Assembly: GCA_964574885.1 (NCBI GenBank)
Contig: CAZNQT010000001.1
Location: 1-33,842 of the forward strand
Direction: 5' to 3'
DNA length: 33,842 bases
From: an uncultured Pirellulales bacterium
Lineage (GTDB): Bacteria; Planctomycetota; Phycisphaerae; Sedimentisphaerales; SM23-30
Under the pieces are notes generated by a model. It had not been told where the DNA came from. It worked only from the letters and a program-made list of their open reading frames with translations, and did not search any database. Position 1 is the first letter of the stretch, and each line of letters begins with the position of its first letter. Of the stretch, positions 32,367-33,842 are shown in pieces. A program made the translations under genes and the position numbers.

Positions 32367-33842
32367 CTACGGACAGTTGACAGGGTGGTTACATTCCAAC
32401 CAGTTATTAGCCAGGGCAACAAGATCCGGGAAAAAGTAGATGTCCATCCAGCCAGTTGCAAGCTCGTCAAAGTCAAACAGATCAATCCGGCAATCTTCGT
32501 TCAGGTCGCCGGGAATTATGGGATGACCCTCATCACCACAAACAGCGCCCAATACAAAGTCGGTTAAAACCACCGCCCTGGGATCAAACAAACTTTCGGA
32601 ACCATAATGCACTACAAAAGAGCCAGTTCCCTCGGCCATGTTAAACCGCTGGCCATTCGAGGCATTGGCAAATTCGCCGTTAATTCCCCCACTGGTTGTC
32701 AGTATCGTGAATACGTCGTTTGGATCGGGAACAAAATCATTTAGCTGACGTACAAGCAAACTCCCGGCCAGGTTAGCCACACCGGCACCGGTTCCACTAA
32801 TAACCAATCGATCATACTGACTACCTGCTGCTGGACCGCCAATCTCGATCTCAAGCCGTGCCGTCTCGCCGTTGTCGTAGTTTCCTACATACTGAAGAAT
32901 ACCTGCTGACAAACCGGGTGAAAAACCGCCAAGGTTCAGGAAGCCGGCTCCACCGCCGATCGTTACAGTACCGATGCCCTCAACAACACCGTTTGGTTCA
33001 TTGGTGAACGAACCGGAAGACACCAAAAGGTTTACCCCGGCTTCTTTGATACTAATCAAGGCATTGTTGAGGTAACTGCCACCTGATCGGTTGAAAGTGG
33101 CACTCTGGCTCAGGTTGACCATACCGTTATTGATTAGGTTGGCCTGCAAAGATCGGGTACCGCCGCCTGAACCACCGAAACTGATGATACCGCTGCCGTT
33201 GTTGGTTAACGTGCCGTTGGACACTATGAAAATAGCGACATTGTTGCTGGAGGTGTTAAGGGCCAGGGTACTGTCATTGCTGAAGCCTGTGGCGGAGGTG
33301 ATGTAGCTATTGTAACTACCATCCGCCTGAGCGGTCAGGAACTGCCCGGCCGCCAGGTCGCCGCTGAAGGTGTTGTTGTTGCCCCGCATAATAAAGTCGC
33401 CGTTACCCGCTTCCGGAGCAATATTCAAATAGGAATTGGTTAACAGCATCGGATTTCCGGTGATTTCACCGCCGTTGTAATTGAAGGTGATGCTCGTCGG
33501 ATCGAACGATCCCTGGACATCGAGAATCCCCCCGTCCTGATTGAACGCCTGAGAGAACCCATTGATCGTCAAGTCCTTGTCCGCCGCGATGTTGAAAGCG
33601 TTGTTATTGGTGTAACTGCCGCTGTTCTTGCTGAAACTGGCGTCCTGATTGATGTTTACGGTACCGTTGTTGATCAGGTTGGCCTGCAATTCCCGCAGGC
33701 CGCCGCCCGTGCCGACGAAACTGATAATCCCGTCAGCGTTATTGGTTAACGCACCGCCGGTCACTGTGAAAATGGCGGCATTGTTGGTGGAGGTGTTAAG
33801 GGCCAGGGTACTGTCATTGCTGAAGCCTGTGGCGGAGGTGAT
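32367..33842 (-). CDS. 3' part of a large repeat-containing beta-helix adhesin-like surface protein with a dockerin-like C-terminal tail (5' end outside the window)
   Basis: The minus-strand frame stays open to the window edge: the track start at 33764 is an internal GTG and the upstream codons read ITSATGFSNDSTLALNTSTNNAAIFT. Gly/Asn/Thr/Ser-rich strand repeats, then ARLEIEIGG...YDRLVISGTG.ANLAGSLLV..L..F.P, then the tail. Confidence 0.8.
   Translation of the reverse strand: MTSATGFSNDSTLALNTSTNNAAIFTVTGGALTNNADGIISFVGTGGGLRELQANLINNGTVNINQDASFSKNSGSYTNNNAFNIAADKDLTINGFSQAFNQDGGILDVQGSFDPTSITFNYNGGEITGNPMLLTNSYLNIAPEAGNGDFIMRGNNNTFSGDLAAGQFLTAQADGSYNSYITSATGFSNDSTLALNTSSNNVAIFIVSNGTLTNNGSGIISFGGSGGGTRSLQANLINNGMVNLSQSATFNRSGGSYLNNALISIKEAGVNLLVSSGSFTNEPNGVVEGIGTVTIGGGAGFLNLGGFSPGLSAGILQYVGNYDNGETARLEIEIGGPAAGSQYDRLVISGTGAGVANLAGSLLVRQLNDFVPDPNDVFTILTTSGGINGEFANASNGQRFNMAEGTGSFVVHYGSESLFDPRAVVLTDFVLGAVCGDEGHPIIPGDLNEDCRIDLFDFDELATGWMDIYFFPDLVALANNWLECNHPVNCP
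32370..32510 (-). other. dockerin-like four-Cys C-terminal tag (copy 6, extended two-helix version)
   Basis: GDLNEDCRIDLFDFDELATGWMDIYFFPDLVALANNWLECNHPVNCP-stop, with an upstream Cys in AVCGDE. Confidence 0.7.
33063..33842 (-). repeat. intragenic direct repeat: an approximately 240-bp segment recurring at a 540-bp offset (33063-33302 and 33603-33842)
   Basis: 33241-33302 and 33781-33842 differ at 1 of 62 nt (TTGTTG[C/G]TGGAGGTGTTAAGGGCCAGGGTACTGTCATTGCTGAAGCCTGTGGCGGAGGTGAT). Flanking similarity is about 70-75 percent by eye. The repeat probably continues beyond the window. Confidence 0.8.

Noticed and set aside
32044-32367. 107-aa minus-strand ORF in the convergent spacer between the chimera gene and the adhesin-like gene
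   Set aside because: It has low-complexity, AT-driven sequence with no motifs. Its start would abut the stop codon of the upstream adhesin-like gene. I also found no convincing terminator or structured-RNA signature in this roughly 340-bp AT-rich spacer, only a GGATGGC...GCCATCC stem with a 22-nt loop and no T-tract.
768-33306. Dozens of 60-175-aa ORFs in the track that lie antisense to or nested within the long genes (for example 1035-1472, 5719-6210, 9330-10244, 17145-17573, 29727-30254, 30969-31616)
   Set aside because: They overlap long ORFs that have strong family signatures. Their compositions are biased (Arg/Pro/Gly-rich mirror-frame artefacts). They lack RBS-like sequences and recognisable motifs. 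I treat them as shadow ORFs.
1-33842. Scan for CRISPR arrays, tRNA/rRNA genes, IS elements, integrases, and phage or toxin-antitoxin genes
   Set aside because: I saw no short regularly spaced repeats, no cloverleaf-like or rRNA-like segments, no DDE or tyrosine-recombinase motifs, and no terminal inverted repeats. The only repeats are the gene duplication at 23.9-27 kb and the intragenic repeat at 33.1-33.8 kb.
1-33842. Search for a cohesin- or scaffoldin-like partner for the dockerin-like tails
   Set aside because: No ORF shows tandem roughly 140-aa beta-sandwich repeats or any other plausible receptor architecture. A cellulosome-type interpretation cannot be supported from this window alone, so I kept only the tag observation.

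Overview
All family calls below come from reading the translated ORFs by eye; no database search was run.

The window looks like a secreted carbohydrate-active-enzyme island from a PVC-superphylum bacterium (Planctomycetota/Phycisphaerae, Lentisphaerota or Verrucomicrobiota-like). The lineage call rests on three signatures: an H-X9-DG/DUF1559-type pseudopilin, a Rhodopirellula/Verrucomicrobium-type ECF sigma factor, and a PEP-CTERM tail.

**Left two thirds (about 0.7-21.5 kb):** a pectin/rhamnogalacturonan-type degradation cluster with no SusC/SusD genes. It contains:
- a PL11 rhamnogalacturonan lyase
- a GH127-like beta-L-arabinofuranosidase
- a PL1 pectate lyase
- a beta-helix plus TIM-barrel-like giant protein
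- a beta-propeller hydrolase
- a DUF4838-like protein
- an (alpha/alpha)6-like protein
- an exported nucleoside-hydrolase-fold lipoprotein
- one orphan pseudopilin

**Right third (21.7-32 kb), the most interesting part:** a translationally coupled ECF sigma / FecR-type anti-sigma pair whose sensor domain is lectin-like. It sits directly upstream of four tandem paralogues that share one roughly 230-aa LamG-like domain. At a single fixed junction that domain is fused to four different C-terminal fates:
- two copies carry Fn3-like modules plus a dockerin-like tail
- one copy carries a PEP-CTERM tail
- one copy is a 1304-aa chimera of lectin, Ig, esterase and glycosidase-like domains

**Recurrent C-terminal tag:** six ORFs in the window end in the same four-Cys, single-loop dockerin-like tag that finishes ...W-L-x-C-x5,6-C-P. 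Two internal copies occur in the chimera. No cohesin or scaffoldin candidate is visible.

I saw no rRNA, tRNA, CRISPR array, transposase or integrase. The short ORFs in the track that lie antisense to or nested in the long genes look spurious.
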